Notes: a model not told the origin generated them from the sequence alone. A DNA stretch of 64,000 bases from Octopus vulgaris (GCA_951406725.2 OX597815.1:133982001-134046000); one strand, 5' to 3'; positions 25,358 through 39,247 are shown, numbered from the stretch's first letter. A program made the numbers and translations.

Positions 25358-25501
25358 TTGCCGTGTCTTGAAACTTATGTCACTGATGGAAATGAAGTAA
25401 ACATTGAAGGCAGAAAATTATCATTGTTAGATTTTGCTTCTTCAGCTGGAATGATGTTTGACAAAGGAGCAGAATCTCTCCAGAGTCTTTGTAGCCATTA
25501 T
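25358..25501 (+). CDS. NCKAP5-like exon 5 (LPCLETYVTDGNEV...SLQSLCSHY)
   Basis: ttttccag acceptor, TAT|gtaagt donor, 144 nt, open, phase 0-0. Confidence 0.78.
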
Positions 25502-27469
25502 GTAAGTATACATTCTAAAGATTCTATCACTACTCTGTAAAATTTTCACACACACATGCACACAAATTCAGCGAAACTAATTTTGGCAAAAAATGGGAAA
25601 AAAAAATATAGTTAATGCAAAAGGGTTATAAATTGAGAGAGGTTTGCGTACTTTGAAGAGAGATGTGTCCTGGCATTTCAAAGAAAGACCCAACCTGAAA
25701 TATCAGAATTTATCTCTTCTTACAACACATGAACTTATTTTATGAATTTTAATAATTCTGATCCTAGCTTCTTAAGATGGATGACACCTCTCACTTGCAG
25801 ATGTCTTCTTCAAATTTAATCCTTCACAATGTAGCAACAGTTAAGGTAAAGCATGGAGAAAAATTAACAAAACATTATTACCGAGGATATTTAGCAGGCA
25901 TATTCAAAGACTCAGTCTTCAGTGACACCATTCTGTTAATAAATGTCAGTGAACCAATTATTATAACCAAATGTTTGCATTTTGTTACTAGTACTATACA
26001 GCATCTGTGGCATGTTTACTTGACTCTCAATGCACTTGTGTATATTGGTATAAATAGGTACTGTGAGGTGGTTTGTGTCATTGTTTGTAAACAGGAAGAT
26101 AGGAGTATTGTTTAAACAATAAATAATTAAATTAAATCATTAAATTATTTGTACTGAATTAAAACTTTTCCATATTCAAAAGATGCAACAGAAAAAAAGA
26201 AAAGAAAGAGAGAGAGAGAGAAGGAAAAAGAAAGCAAGTCTCAGTTACAATAACAACAATAACAAAATGTTTAACTCCATTACATAATGCAGATTGGATG
26301 AATGTAAAAGAGTCTAAAATTGAAAAGATTATTAAAAACTAGTAATGTTAGGCCCAACAGATATTGCTGGCAAATTTTGTGTGCATCAATGAACAGCCAG
26401 CTGCTGGTGTGTGTGTGTGCACATATGTACTCAAATAAATCAATTGATTTCTTCTAACAAACCAATTACATTATACAATTTTATTACAAAAATTAGCTTT
26501 GGTTTACAATCAAAGTTAAGATGCCAGTGAGTTGGTAAGGGTGGTTTGGTATGATATAGAATATTTAATTTTACAATTGGCTTGAAGGACAAACTAAAAT
26601 TATCTACATTCTTAAGAGATCCAATCCTGTTTAAGTCTTGGAAATTAACATTTCCCTTCATTTCTTCCATGTTTATTATTATCAACATAATTATTGTTAG
26701 CAGTTGACATTGTTCTGTGTCCTTAGTCAAGGTCTTTTAAGTCTTCTTTCCTATAGCTTCATGACAAATCAGGAAATCCTGATTATAACTTACCACCATT
26801 TTGTCCCTTGTATAGTAGTATGACATACATTATATGGACCTTACCTTCCCTTTACTCTATATACTTTGTAACCCATCTGCTCACCTAAATCCTTTTCATG
26901 CAACCATTTCTCTGCCCCACAATCTTTAACACTTATACATATCCCATACTGAGCTCTTATGTCTAATTCTTTTTCACCAAACTTGAAGGTTAAGAGGTTT
27001 TACATGAGTGAATTTATATTAAAAATAAAAAGAAATACTTTGAGAACTTTATCTTGAATACAAGAAAATTTTAGTCATACTGTAAAGGGAAGGAAAATAC
27101 ATTGAAATAAATTAATCTTCCATGATACACATTTTGGAAGTTCACGTCTTTTTTTCTTACCAAATCCATATGACAGTGGTCATTGATCTCCTTCTGATTG
27201 CTGCTTTCAAAATTCTGTTATTTTTTCATGGCATGGGTATATTAGTTAGATAATGAAGAGAAAGTCAATGTAATGAGACTTATTGCTATGATTTTGTTTC
27301 ATCACCAGGTCTTTGTTATATATACTGTCACTGTTAGTTCATTGGTTTAATGTCTTCCTTGATACAAAAACCTCGCTGCTAGTTCATTCTTAAAAATTTT
27401 CTCGTTGCCATCTCATTGCTAATATATTCTTATAGTAAAGTATCCTCATTGCTAGTACTTTTTTTTTAT

Positions 27470-27915
27470 GCTTTACTTGTTTGTCATTGGACTGTGGCCA
27501 TGCTGGGGAACCACCTTGAAGTTTGTTTTTATCTAAACAAATTAATTTCAGTACTTTTTTTTTTTCAATCAGGTACTTATTTTATTGGTCTCTTTTTTGC
27601 CTAACTGCTAAGTTACAGGGTTGCAAACAAACCAATACTAGTTATCAAGCTATGGTGTGGGACAAACACAAAGGCACACATGCGTGCATGCACACACACA
27701 CACACACAAACAAACACACACACACAAACAAACAAACACACACACACACACACATATACAATAGCTTCTTTTAGTTTCTGTCTACCAAATCCACTTTCAA
27801 TGTTTTGGCTGGTCCAGTCCTATAGCAGAAGACACTTGCCTAAAGTGCCATGCAGTGGAACTGAACCCAAAACCATACAGTTGGCAAGCAAACTTCTTAC
27901 CACACTGCCACGTCT
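27470..27915 (-). mobile_element. SINE family A, diverged, antisense
   Basis: Reverse complement of family A with internal (CA)n. Confidence 0.82.
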
Positions 27916-28423
27916 GTGCATTATTTTTATTTTCATTGGTAGGAAATTCTTATTACTAGCTCATCACTAGAAAAATCCTTCACCAAACTTTTGTTTGCTT
28001 TAGATAAACAGTATTTAAATTTGCTGTTGTTCTTCTGTGAGCATTGTCATTTCTTTGTCAATAGACCTACGAAATAAAGGAACTAACTGAATCATTGGCA
28101 TGATTCACTGAACAATGTGTGTACTAAGTATTCCATGTTCCAGTCTGGTGTCAGACTTCTGTGTATTCTCTCTGTTATACAATGAATATGGGTTTGATTA
28201 TTACAATCAGGACACATTGAAGTGTTTCGGGTGCATTATGGAAGCCACAGTATTTTGCACTGTTGGTGCTACAAGAAGGACTTGTTGCACTGTTACAGTG
28301 AGGTATTGGTGCACTGTTTGCTGTACTGTTAGTCACAAAATTGCACTGTCTGTGGTGCATTTTTACAATCAGAGGATGTTACATAATATATAATTCAAGT
28401 TTACAAAAAGCAAAAAAAAAACA

Positions 28424-28594
28424 GGCGCAGGAGTGGCTGTGTGGTAAGTAGCTTGCTAACCAACCACATGGTTCCGGGTTCAATCCCACTGCGTGGCATC
28501 TTGGGCAAGTGTCTTCTGCCATAGCCCCGGGCCGACCAATGCCTTGTGAGTGAATTTGGTAGACAGAAACTGGAAGAAGCCTGTCGTATATATG

Positions 28595-28627
<33 letters not shown>

Positions 28628-28826
28628 ATGTGTTTGTCTCCCTAGCATTGCTTGACAACCGATGCTGGTGTGTTTACGTCCCCGTCACTTAGCGGTTCGG
28701 CAAAAGAGACCGATAGAATAAGTACTGGGCTTACAAAGAATAAGTCCTGGGGTCGATTTGCTCGACTAAAGGCGGTGCTCCTGCATGGCCGCAGTCAAAA
28801 TGACTGAAACAAGTAAAAGAGTAAAA
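28424..28826 (+). mobile_element. SINE family A, young full-length copy
   Basis: CpGs retained, very close to 56305-56706. Confidence 0.92.
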
Positions 28827-29768
28827 GGTAAGGAAACAAGCAGGTGTATTAGTTTGATGCTTGGGAAGTATGGAAAAGTCTTTGATATTTTGAGCCTATG
28901 TTCTTCAACAGAAAGGGATGAGAGGAAAAAGATGGAGAGAGAAAAAATGTGTAGGGAGTAACAATACTTTCATAATCAGGAATTGTCACACATAGTGTGC
29001 TGCCCATTGTGCATTATTGAAGAGAAGACATTACAGTGTTTTGTTAACTATGGTGGGGTGGTGCAAACATTTTCTTTTAAGATCTGATAACCTTGTGATT
29101 AATGTTAATGTTTACCTTTGAGCTGTTGTTATGCTTTAGCTGTAAGTCAGTCCATATCAAGCAAGCCTATTATTAAAAGCGTTCCAGTCATGACTTTTCC
29201 CTCTTAATACTGATAACCCAGCACCATATTTTCTACCAACATGTATTTTCTAAGAGAGTAGAGTGTGATTTGAGTGATTTTGTTGCTACTTCTAGCAGGT
29301 CAAGCAGTCATGTAGTGGCTCCTTTGTTGCTTCATGTACATTTGTTTAATACAATGTTGTGTGCCGCTTATGCTTGGAATGGTTTGGTAGAATTGTTAGA
29401 GTATCAGATAAAATTCTTTATATTTCCATAACTAGATACCTGTGCTATTTTCTCTATAATAAAACACCAATGCTTGTCCCTCTGTCATACTTCTCAACAC
29501 CTGACATAAAATTACCTCCCACCTCTCAAATATTCCTTCCCCTTACTTAGTCAAGAGACCTTTTCTTTTTCCTGTCTTGCAAGTTACTTTGCAAACTCAT
29601 TAGAAAAGCACCTAGTACACACTGTAAAGTGTGTATTGGGTGCATTTGGGAGAGGGCATCCATCCATAGAATCTATGGCAAAGCTGACACTGGAGCTCAA
29701 TGCAGCCCTGCTGTTCACTAGATACCATCACACTGTCCAGCCCATGCCAACATGGAAGACAGAAATTA

Positions 29769-29802
<34 letters not shown>

Positions 29803-30273
29803 CGTGTACATGCTTTGTCTTGGTATAAAAGATGGGCTACAGCAAATGCTCTGCTTAATATCACAGATTTGCTTGTCAGTTGTTTGACTTTAACCAGTTG
29901 AGCATATCCCTTAGTGGCTGACAATATGTGCATCTCTGATCGTGAGCAGAAGTAGTGGGGAAGCATCATAGTCATGTGGTGAAAGGAATTTTGGGGGATT
30001 TGAATAATTCACCTTTGAAAACATAGATGTTTTGTTCAACATCCAGAAACAACCCTTATTCAGGGACCTTTTGAGTGGGATTGGCTACTTGACCTGAAAA
30101 AAATTCTAACTAGGCCCCCACCTGCAAGGTCATGTGCTGTTTATCTTGATATGAGATCACCATGTTGCACACATATGGTTGTGATGCATGTGCCGGGTAG
30201 TCATGATGGGTGTATTGGGCTTCGTATATTTTACCCCAGTGTCACTTTGATGGCATGCATTGCTCTCTCACTC
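29803..30273 (+). mobile_element. Unclassified interspersed repeat flanked by (AAT)n, second copy at about 41512-41830
   Basis: Shared blocks taaaagatgggctacagcaaat, aaacaacccttattcagggacctttt and ctctctcactc(aat)n. Confidence 0.75.
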
Positions 30274-30297
30274 AATAATAATAATAATAATAATTAT

Positions 30298-30537
30298 GCC
30301 AATTATTGTTAGGTCATTGGGGACAGTATCAGAAGGCATCTAGCAGAATATAAGGAAATTGGAATAGAGTGCCCAGTAAAACTGTTACAAAGGATTTGCC
30401 CCCTTGACACAGCCAGAACAATCAGGAAGGTATTAGATAGTTGAAAAGAACAGATAGCATGGAAACATAGACTGCATGCAGCAAACCTGCTTCACATGCA
30501 AGACTCCAGGAATTCCAACAAATCGTGAGTTAAAAAG
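30298..30537 (+). mobile_element. 3' fragment of an R4/Dong-like (RLE) non-LTR retrotransposon in (TAA)n
   Basis: Remnant PIIVRSLGTVS...IGIECPVKLLQRICPLDTARTIRKVLDS*, resembling the LQKxxLLGTAxIxRKVL terminus. (TAA)n on both sides. Confidence 0.65.
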
Positions 30538-30554
30538 AATAATAATAATAATAA

Positions 30555-31162
30555 TCTTTTCTACTCTAGGCACAAGGCCCAAAATTTTTGGGAAGTGGGG
30601 GGGGGGGCAGTCGATTAGATTGACACCAGTATGCAACTGGTACTTAATTTATTGATCCCAAAAGGATGAAAGACTAAGTCAACCTCGGCGGAATTTGAAC
30701 TCAGAATGTAAAGACAGATAAAATACCTATTTCTTTACTACCCACAAGGGGCTAAACACAGAGAGGACAAACAAGGACAGACAAACAGATTAAGTCGATT
30801 ACATCAACCCCAGTTTGTAACTGGTACTTAATTTATTGATCCCGAAAGGATGAAAGGCAAAGTCGACCTCAGCGGAATTTGAACTCAGAACGTAACGGCA
30901 GACGAAATACAGCTACGCATTTCGCCCGGCGTGCTAATGTTTCTGCCAATTCACCGCCTTAATAATAATAATAATGATCATTTCTACTATAGACACGAGG
31001 CCTGAAATTTGGGGGAGGGGGTTAAGTTGATTGCATCAGCCCCAGTGATCAACTGGTACTTATTTAATTGACCCCCAAAAGAATGAAAGGTGAAGTTGAC
31101 CTCGTGGAATTTGATCACAGAATGTAAAGACAGACAAAATAGCTCTAAGCATTTTGCCTGGT
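30555..31162 (-). mobile_element. Cluster of three SINE family B copies (one dimeric/chimeric)
   Basis: Three repeats of aaaggatgaaaggcaaagtcgacctc...aatttgaactcagaa. Confidence 0.85.
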
Positions 31163-31345
31163 CTTTTATGTCCTGATTCTGCCAGTCTTTTATGTCCTAA
31201 TTTTTAATCTTGCTAAGTTCAACTTCGCTTTTTGTCCTTCCTTCCTGACTTAATAAAAACAATGTACCAATGAATTATTGGGGTTGATATTATTGACTAA
31301 GCCTATCTCCCAAGTTTGAGGACTTGTGTCTATCTTACAAAGTAA

Positions 31346-31388
<43 letters not shown>

Positions 31389-33699
31389 GGCCTTTATGCA
31401 AGTGTTAGATTAAGCCTCAAGGTCACAGTATGTTCCAATAATATACTTATTTGATTTGTTCCTTTCATAAGAGTTTAATCCTGGTGTCTGATACAATAAA
31501 GCAATGGGAACAATATCTTATTGTTGCTGTTGTAGTTGTTACCTCAATACTGTATAATAACTAACTGTTGAATGTTGCTATCCCAGTGGAAAAGGAATCA
31601 TTGCCATGCCAACTATGTAGCATATAACCAAAGCTAAGTTTAATTTCTTCTAAGGAAATGAAATATTCTGAGCAGTGGGTCTCTTTCTTACTTTTCTCTT
31701 TCTACCGCTTTCTGTCTCTCTTTCTCTCTCTCATCTCTTTTCCTTTTCTCTCTCATCTCTTTTCCTTTTCTCTCTCTCCTCTTTTCCTTCTCTCTTTCCT
31801 CTTTTCCTTCTCTTTCTCTCTCTCTTAAATTGGAAGTGTTTAATTTCAGCCAGCAAATAAGAAGTCCAGTTTCTTTCCCTAAAGGAATTTTAAATAATTA
31901 CTTCTCAAATAAGACGAAAAATAATTTTAAAAGCTATTCAAAAAAAGAAATGAAATTTACTCTTATTTTTGGAGGAGCTATTTACTGTGGTGAAAACCAG
32001 AGGCTGGAGTTCAAAACTGGTTACAGCTCTCATTAAAGCCATCAATAACAAATTTGAATTTAATTGCTTTAATTATAATTTAATGGTATAAAAAAAAAAA
32101 GAAAATGTTTTCTCCACTTCTCAAAAGCATAAAAATTTTGAGGTAAAATCTTTTGTGATATATAAGAATGTAAAAGTTTTTTTTTATTTTTAATGTGTGA
32201 AAAACCAAAAAAAATTAATGCTTATTTTGTATTTCTTTAATAACAAACCACATAAAAAAAAAAACACAAATAATATTTGTCTATATCTGTCGTTTTGGTT
32301 TGTCTATTTCACTGGAATACTTTGAACACTTATATATGATGAAATTCAGTCATGCTGGCGAAGTAGCAGGTTTCAAGGCAGTTGCTTCTTATAGTGGAAG
32401 CAACCAAGTATATACTTGCTGTCATGGTTTAGGAAGGGTATGGATAGAAAAATTTAAGACAGAAATAATAGAAACCACTTAGATTTTTAAGTTGTTCATA
32501 TTGTGACCTAAATTTTATCCAACCTATATATAGTGCCTTCTTAAAGAAGGAGAAGAAACCATAAAACTAGGCAGGTGTTGTGAATATGAGGAATGAAAAA
32601 ATTCTGGAAGGCTAACAAAATTTTCTCTCATGAGCAGTATTGTTTTATATGAAGCTTTTCTGAACGTATTTGCATTTTATAAACAAAAACAAAATATTTT
32701 AATTTATCAGCCTTATAATCCATTAGAAATGAAACTCAGTGTATATGCATGTATTTGTGTGTTACCTGCAAGAAACTAGATGTGTATATACACATGTGTG
32801 TTTTTGAATGCATGTTCATATATTTAAACATATACATCCACATACATGCACATGTATATATAAATCCATATACACACACATATATATATATGAATGTATT
32901 TTTGCATAGCCTTTTTTTCCCTGCCCAACATTCTACTGCAACAGTACCCAATAAAATAACTAAAACCAATCATACATGATGCCTCTATAGAATTGTATGT
33001 TGCTACATCTGATTAAAGAAATATTATTGCCATATTCCAGAAAAACTGAAGACATTAGGAAATTTATTCAGATCAAAACATTCATCTTTGCAAAAATATT
33101 TTTAACAGAAATCTTGTCCATGTTTGTCACTAAAGCAATCAATAAAATACCTCATTATTATTGTTTTAATATAATTTTATCTCATCATTAATTAGTGTGT
33201 TCATGTGATTAGATTTATATTCTATGATCTTTACATGTTTTTCTTACTACAATCTTCTTCTATATTTCCCTAATTTAATATTTATAATCTGTAACCATTC
33301 TGTTTAATTAGTTATGTTTTTGCACCCTTTCATGGATTCCAGTTTTGGTTTTATTATATGCTAGCATAAAGTCTACTATGTACATTCAATTGTCATTCTG
33401 TACATGTGTGTTTGTTTGTGCGTGTGTGTCATCATCATTGTTTAATGTTCGCCTCCATGCTGGCATGGGTGGGACATTTATATATGTATACACACACACA
33501 CACATATATATAATATCATGATGATCATCATCATCAGCAGCATCATTTAATGACTGTCCCATGCTGGTATGTGATGGGTGGTTCAACAGGATCTATCTAG
33601 CAAGAGGGCTGTGTTGGTCTCCAGTATTTACACACACATATAGACACACACATATATACTGGAGATACTGGAGACCAACACAGCCCTCTTGCTCTCTGA

Positions 33700-34480
33700 A
33701 CTATTCTTACAGCTACACTTTTGAAGCTTCCACCTCCGCTACTGACTTGGTCACCTAAATAACAGAAGCCATCAACTAGCTCTAGCTTACCCCACTGGCA
33801 GTCAATGGAATTTATTTTCTGTAAATTTTCAGTGTTTATTGTACCTGTGCTCCTTCAACACAAAAACTATTTTCTCAGCTAATCTTCCTCTGATATTGCT
33901 GAATCTCTTAGGTGTCTATAGCTTACACTAGGTACATTTTATGGGGTTTCTACCTACACCTTTCCTACAGATTGAGCAGGGCCATCTACCTGAAGGGATT
34001 TGAGATTTGTCTGCTTTCCTACTTACTAAGATTTTGGTTTTTGCTAAGTTAACTCCAAGACCCTTCAATTCCAAAACTTGCTTCCGCACCTGAAATTTCT
34101 TCTATAGCTCTAGTAGTGATTCAGCTATAAAAGGTCATCAGCATAGAGGAGCTCCCAGGGGCAGCCTGTCTTAAATTCTGCGGTTATTGCCTGGAGGACT
34201 ATGATGAATAAGGGGGAGCTGAGGACTGATCCTTGGTGAACCCCTACATCTATCCTGAATCCATCACTACATTCATTGCCAGGGAGTGGGGGACCTTGTC
34301 AAAGGCTTTCTCCATGTCAACAAAAGCCAAGTACAGAGGTTTATTTTTGGCTAGGTATTCTCCTGCAACTACATTACTGGAAATATAACAACAGTGGTGC
34401 TTCTTCCTGGCACAAAACCAAACTGCATCTCATCTAGATTCTCTCCCTAATTAGTCGGGCTATGATCATCTTCATGACTG
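33700..34480 (-). mobile_element. RTE-clade LINE reverse transcriptase remnant
   Basis: Minus-strand peptides FVDMEKAFDKVP, GVHQGSVLS..LFIIVLQAITAEFKTGCPWELLYADDL and FCYLGDQVSSGGG, with frameshifts. Confidence 0.9.
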
Positions 34481-34659
34481 ATATAGACATACATGCATTT
34501 ATGCACACACACACACACACTCACAGATATCCTAACCATCACTTCTCTGTAATATATCATTTACTCTAAATTTTTTACTTTTAAAATCAGTTTTTAAGAT
34601 GCAGCATTACCCAATTTTATATCATGCATTGATGTACAAATTCATTTTTTTACTTGCAG

Positions 34660-37032
34660 AGCTATGAAGATGGTATTCCAAGGATTAATTCCCCAACACC
34701 ATGGCTGAAAGAGCAACTTAATGAACATTCAGACAGAATCAATGCTTTTTCAGATCGGCTCAGTATTTTATCTGATCATGTTTTGGAAGCTCAGCTGAAA
34801 GCTTATAGTGCTGAGGGCCTTGCAAATACTGACCTCTTATCCCCTTCATCTTCTCCTGTTCGTCAGGCTTTTTTAAACTCATGTTTGAAATCTTATCAGT
34901 ATGATTCAAATGCTAAGATTTGGAAGGCAAATCAGTCATGTGACAATTTCAAGTCTAAGCTCTATGCTACTGTGCGTCCACTGAATTGCCACAAGACTTT
35001 GCCTTCTATAACAGTAACAGAGGCCAACAGAGCTGCAACTACATGTTTACTTCATGACCACAACAGCTGGAAAAGAAATCTAGTTAAAGCCAACAACTAT
35101 TGCTCATACAAGAATCATCTAGTTGGTATAAAGCCATGCAGGGAAAGCTGTAACAGAAGACAAACAGACTCTATTCTGCATTCAAATTACTTTGCTCAGA
35201 TGTCTCCTAGTGACATTCTTGAAAACAGTTTAGATGGTCTGCCAACACCAACAGATGAGCCTTGTGTGCAGCCAACATTTCCAGTATTCAGGGCCGAATC
35301 GCTTAAACGTAAACAAAGCAACACTCAAGAGAAGTTGTCTTCATCCATAGAAAAAATCCCGGAAGCCACTGCCTGCCAACCTAGTCACCAAACTTTATCT
35401 AAACGGTTTGTTGAAGAGCCTGTGCCTTCTAACACCATTCCAACTATTGCAAGACCAAGTTCACTTGATATCATTTCTCCAACAGACTCACCATCTCAGG
35501 AAGATTCTCAAACTTCTCCCCTGTCTCCTTATCTAATGAACAAAAATGATAGCTCCATGATGAACCAATCAACAGATTCTGAAAATTCTCCAGGTATGTC
35601 AGCATCTGCAACGTTTGACCACCATAACCTTGTCTCAAGCTCATACTTAGATTCAACAGAGGATGAAAAAGATCTTTTTGATGAAAAACGGTCATCTTTG
35701 AATTCAGATTATTTCTCTTTAGATGCTCAACTTTCAACATCATCTTACATGAATTCTTTAGCTCCATTCCACAATGACTGCCAATCTCAATCTAATACAG
35801 AAATGCTGCCTTTATATTCTTCAAACCATTCCAAAAGTCACCATATACATAACAGGAATAGCAAAATGTGTCAGAATAATTTTGAACAAGAAAAAGACTG
35901 GAATGTATTAATGCCAACTTTACTCAATAAGAGAACACTTCCTGAAATTTATTTAGCTTGCAATGAATGGCAGAAAAATGTTGCAAAAAGTATGAAAGAA
36001 AATGATATGAGTTCTGAACTTCGAGAAATGTACAGTTTGTCATCTGATTCCAGCTCTGAGAGTATCAAAGCTGAACATTCCGGCAATAGAGATGATGGCT
36101 ACTCAACCATGTCAAGTGACATGCAACCAGAAATGCTTGAAAAGTTTAGTGACTCAGCTGTGCTGAAACGTGATCGGGTAAATAGGAACAGCATGGCTGA
36201 GATGAATTCTAACTGTTGCGGACCAATTTTATCGAAGCTGGTTGAAGCTGAAAGAACATCTACAGACAACTGTATCAGCAGTTCAACTAATTCTGATAAT
36301 AGTGTTGAAGGTTCAACTCTGACAGCTAACAACTTCCATTCTTCTAAATTATTTTCCTCAAAACAGTTGCCTGAAAAGGAACAACATGTGCCGGAAAATT
36401 CTTTCCAATACTTCAACAATGCTAAAGCGCACATTGAAAAGAAGGATGATAATAATGATAACAATGTTCTGGTTAATATGTGTACTAATACCTTCCCTAA
36501 GTGTCATTACCTATCAACAAAGGGGAATTTCTCATGTGCTTCTTTGCCAAAACAAATTGGAAAATCTTCATATTCAGCTGGAAATTCTACAATTCATTGT
36601 CAACATTCTAAGTTAGCACATCTAAATGTTCCCAGTAGAGAAAATACAACCCTTACAAAGCACATAGTTACAGAACAAAACCTTAATGTTAATAATAATT
36701 CAACAGTTCAAGTTACACAACCAGATCACCGTTTAACATTATCACAAAGTCAAATTCATCCTCAACATCTGAAACGGTCAGTTTCAGACTCGAGGCTTCT
36801 GATCACTAATACACCTAAACTACGCCTGGACTCAATTTTCTCCAATAACTTCAATAACAGTTTGAGTGATTGTACTATATCAATGTCTGACCTCAGTTCA
36901 TCACAGGCTGCCCAGTCTTACCAAATGTTATCAGGCTCCCTACACAGGTCTCCATGGCAACCATTGGTGCTACCAACAAATGAACAGAATAATATTTTAT
37001 CATCAGAAACAAGTTGGTCCTACAAAACAAGT
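34660..37032 (+). CDS. NCKAP5-like exon 6, very large (2373 nt, 791 aa) Ser/Asn-rich exon
   Basis: Lies within the 828-aa ORF 34654-37140. Acceptor ttttacttgcag, donor AGT|gtaagc, phase 0-0. An ORF this long in AT-rich DNA is not expected by chance. Confidence 0.92.
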
Positions 37033-37260
37033 GTAAGCTATCAAGTTTCACATTTTCCTTTTGATTTATTAGCAAATTTATCTTTTAATTGCTTACTTGT
37101 TTTGTTTTCAATATTTGTTTATTGTAAGTCACTTGTTTGAATTTTCTTTTCAACTGTATTGTCTGTGTTACACACACACAGCTTGGACAAGTATTTTCTA
37201 CTGTTTCTTTGAGCTTGCCAATGCCATGTGAATGGAATTGGTATACAAAAACTGTATTAA

Positions 37261-37481
37261 CTCTTTTGTTACTGTATTTATTTTTAGATGCTCTGTGTTT
37301 CTTTCAATTACTTTGAATATAACAAAGAATTTAGTAAAATCACTTAGTTATCATTCAACTAGTGTTAGGAACATAAATTGTGGCTAAGGTTTAGTGGAAG
37401 ATTTTAATTCAAATCTTATGAAAACAAGACATTTGTACTACAGAACCAGAGTCGGTTTCAGCCGGGTTTGTAACGAAAAGG
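37261..37481. mobile_element. piggyBac-type MITE (TTAA target), related inverted copy at about 18229-18445
   Basis: ttaa|ctcttttgttac ... gtaacgaaaagg|ttaa. Confidence 0.75.
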
Positions 37482-37766
37482 TTAAAGTGCATAGAATTAT
37501 ATACATATGTATGTTCTCTTCTATTTTAAATTATTCATGTAAAGAAGGAACTGGTTTCTAACAAAGATACAAAGCTCCACCATTGGAAGAAGATAAAAAT
37601 AAATTCATATTTTGGTCTCTATAAAAGTCTTGCATATTTTTACAGTTCTGCTTTCAGATTGTATTTATAATGTGCATGTTATCTGGTTGAGTTCTTTCTG
37701 AAAACCGTAGCTTATCCAGATTGTGACTTAAGCATTTACTCACAAAACCAATTATTGTTGTTATTG

Positions 37767-37804
<38 letters not shown>

Positions 37805-38408
37805 AATGCTAATTTATAATCTGGATGTATGTATGTGTGTATGTATGAAAGTTTAGAAGGCAACATGGTGGCAGCCTCCTGATCAAAGAGTCGATAGCTG
37901 GTATCTTTGCACTGATACTGCACTGTATCTCAGTGTAGAACAGTTCATTTCCATGGCTGTTTTCACTGAGCTATATATATATTATATATATAGGTACCAT
38001 GTGGAGGTAAAGTTCACTGTTGCAAACAGAGAAGACATTGTATAGGTGATAAGTGTCTTGTCAGCTTGTGCTTTTGAGTTCAAATCTTGTAGGCTGTACA
38101 TCACCAATGGACTGCAATATTGGAAACTACGCTGTCATTACTCTTACCTCCTGTAGACTAGTGGCTCTATACCTGAGTGACAGCACATCTTTGGAGGTGT
38201 TGTGAACTCATAAAGGGACAGAAAATGTAAAGAGGGCACTATAAATGGGGTTTTGACTTTTTTTATGAATAAAATATTTAAACCAGATACAATACTTTTA
38301 TTTAAAAATTCTTTGTGAAGGTTAAAATATGAATGGGACACTGTGTTAATAGTGAGCAGAAAACAAGACTGATGATGCTCCAAGGGCTAATATAATTTTG
38401 TTACATAG

Positions 38409-38695
38409 GCACAGGCATGGCCATATTGTTGAGAAGCTTGGCAAGTGTCTTCTACTATAGCCTCAGGCTGAACAATGCCTTTTGAGTACTTAGACAAGTC
38501 GTGTGTGTGTGTGACTGTTTATCCTCCTACCACTGCTTGACAGTCAGTGTTGGTTTGTTTATGTCCCTGTAACAGCAGTTCAGCAAATGAGACTATTAGA
38601 ATAAGTTGTGGGGTTGATCTGTTCAACTAAAATCCTTCATGTTGGTGCCCCAGCATGGCTGCAGTACACTGACTAACACAGATAAAAGATAAAAG
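38409..38695 (+). mobile_element. SINE family A, diverged and internally deleted
   Basis: ggcaagtgtcttctactatagcc ... ccccagcatggctgcagt. Confidence 0.72.
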
Positions 38696-39247
38696 TCCTT
38701 GCCTGCTTTAATAATTCCTATAAAAATTTAGCATTAGTCCACACAGCTATTTAAAATGTGGCACATACTGTTGGGTGGAATACTAATATAAGAAAATATG
38801 GATAATAAACTAATAAACCACTACACAAAATTAACTTCTGTTTAATTAAAAATATCATTTTTTTTTAAACATGGGGGATGGTTTGCAAAATGCCATCTCG
38901 TGAAAGGTGGCACTGAACTAGAAAAGGCTGAGAACCACTTCTGTTTGATGTTCAGAACAAATTCTTAACTACACACTGTACTAGGTTTCTAGTCAAGATA
39001 CTTAACCCTCATTGACTTAGTTCATTAAGTTCTAAAAAGATATAATTGAAGTACAGCTGGCTACCATAAGAAACAGAACTATTTGATTAATGAGTATTTT
39101 TGCTATCTAGCTTTAATGACTTCAGATTCTCTTATGGACCTAGGGAACACTTCAAGAAAGCTCCTGTTCATATGTCTATATGTATTATAAATAATTATCT
39201 ATCTTCCCTCTTCTACTTTTTTTTTTTTTTGTAAATGATTCATGCAG

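Noticed and set aside
31680-31826. Long polypyrimidine tract (possible triplex DNA)
   Set aside because: Degenerate CT low-complexity sequence that is common in this genome, with no specific feature supportable
35471-37075. Antisense and alternative-frame ORFs overlapping the large exon
   Set aside because: Shadow ORFs of a Ser-rich coding exon, with no independent evidence
37033-37140. ORF continuation to the stop at 37140 as the protein end
   Set aside because: A good donor at 37033 and in-phase downstream exons indicate intron read-through, although an intronic-polyadenylation isoform cannot be excluded
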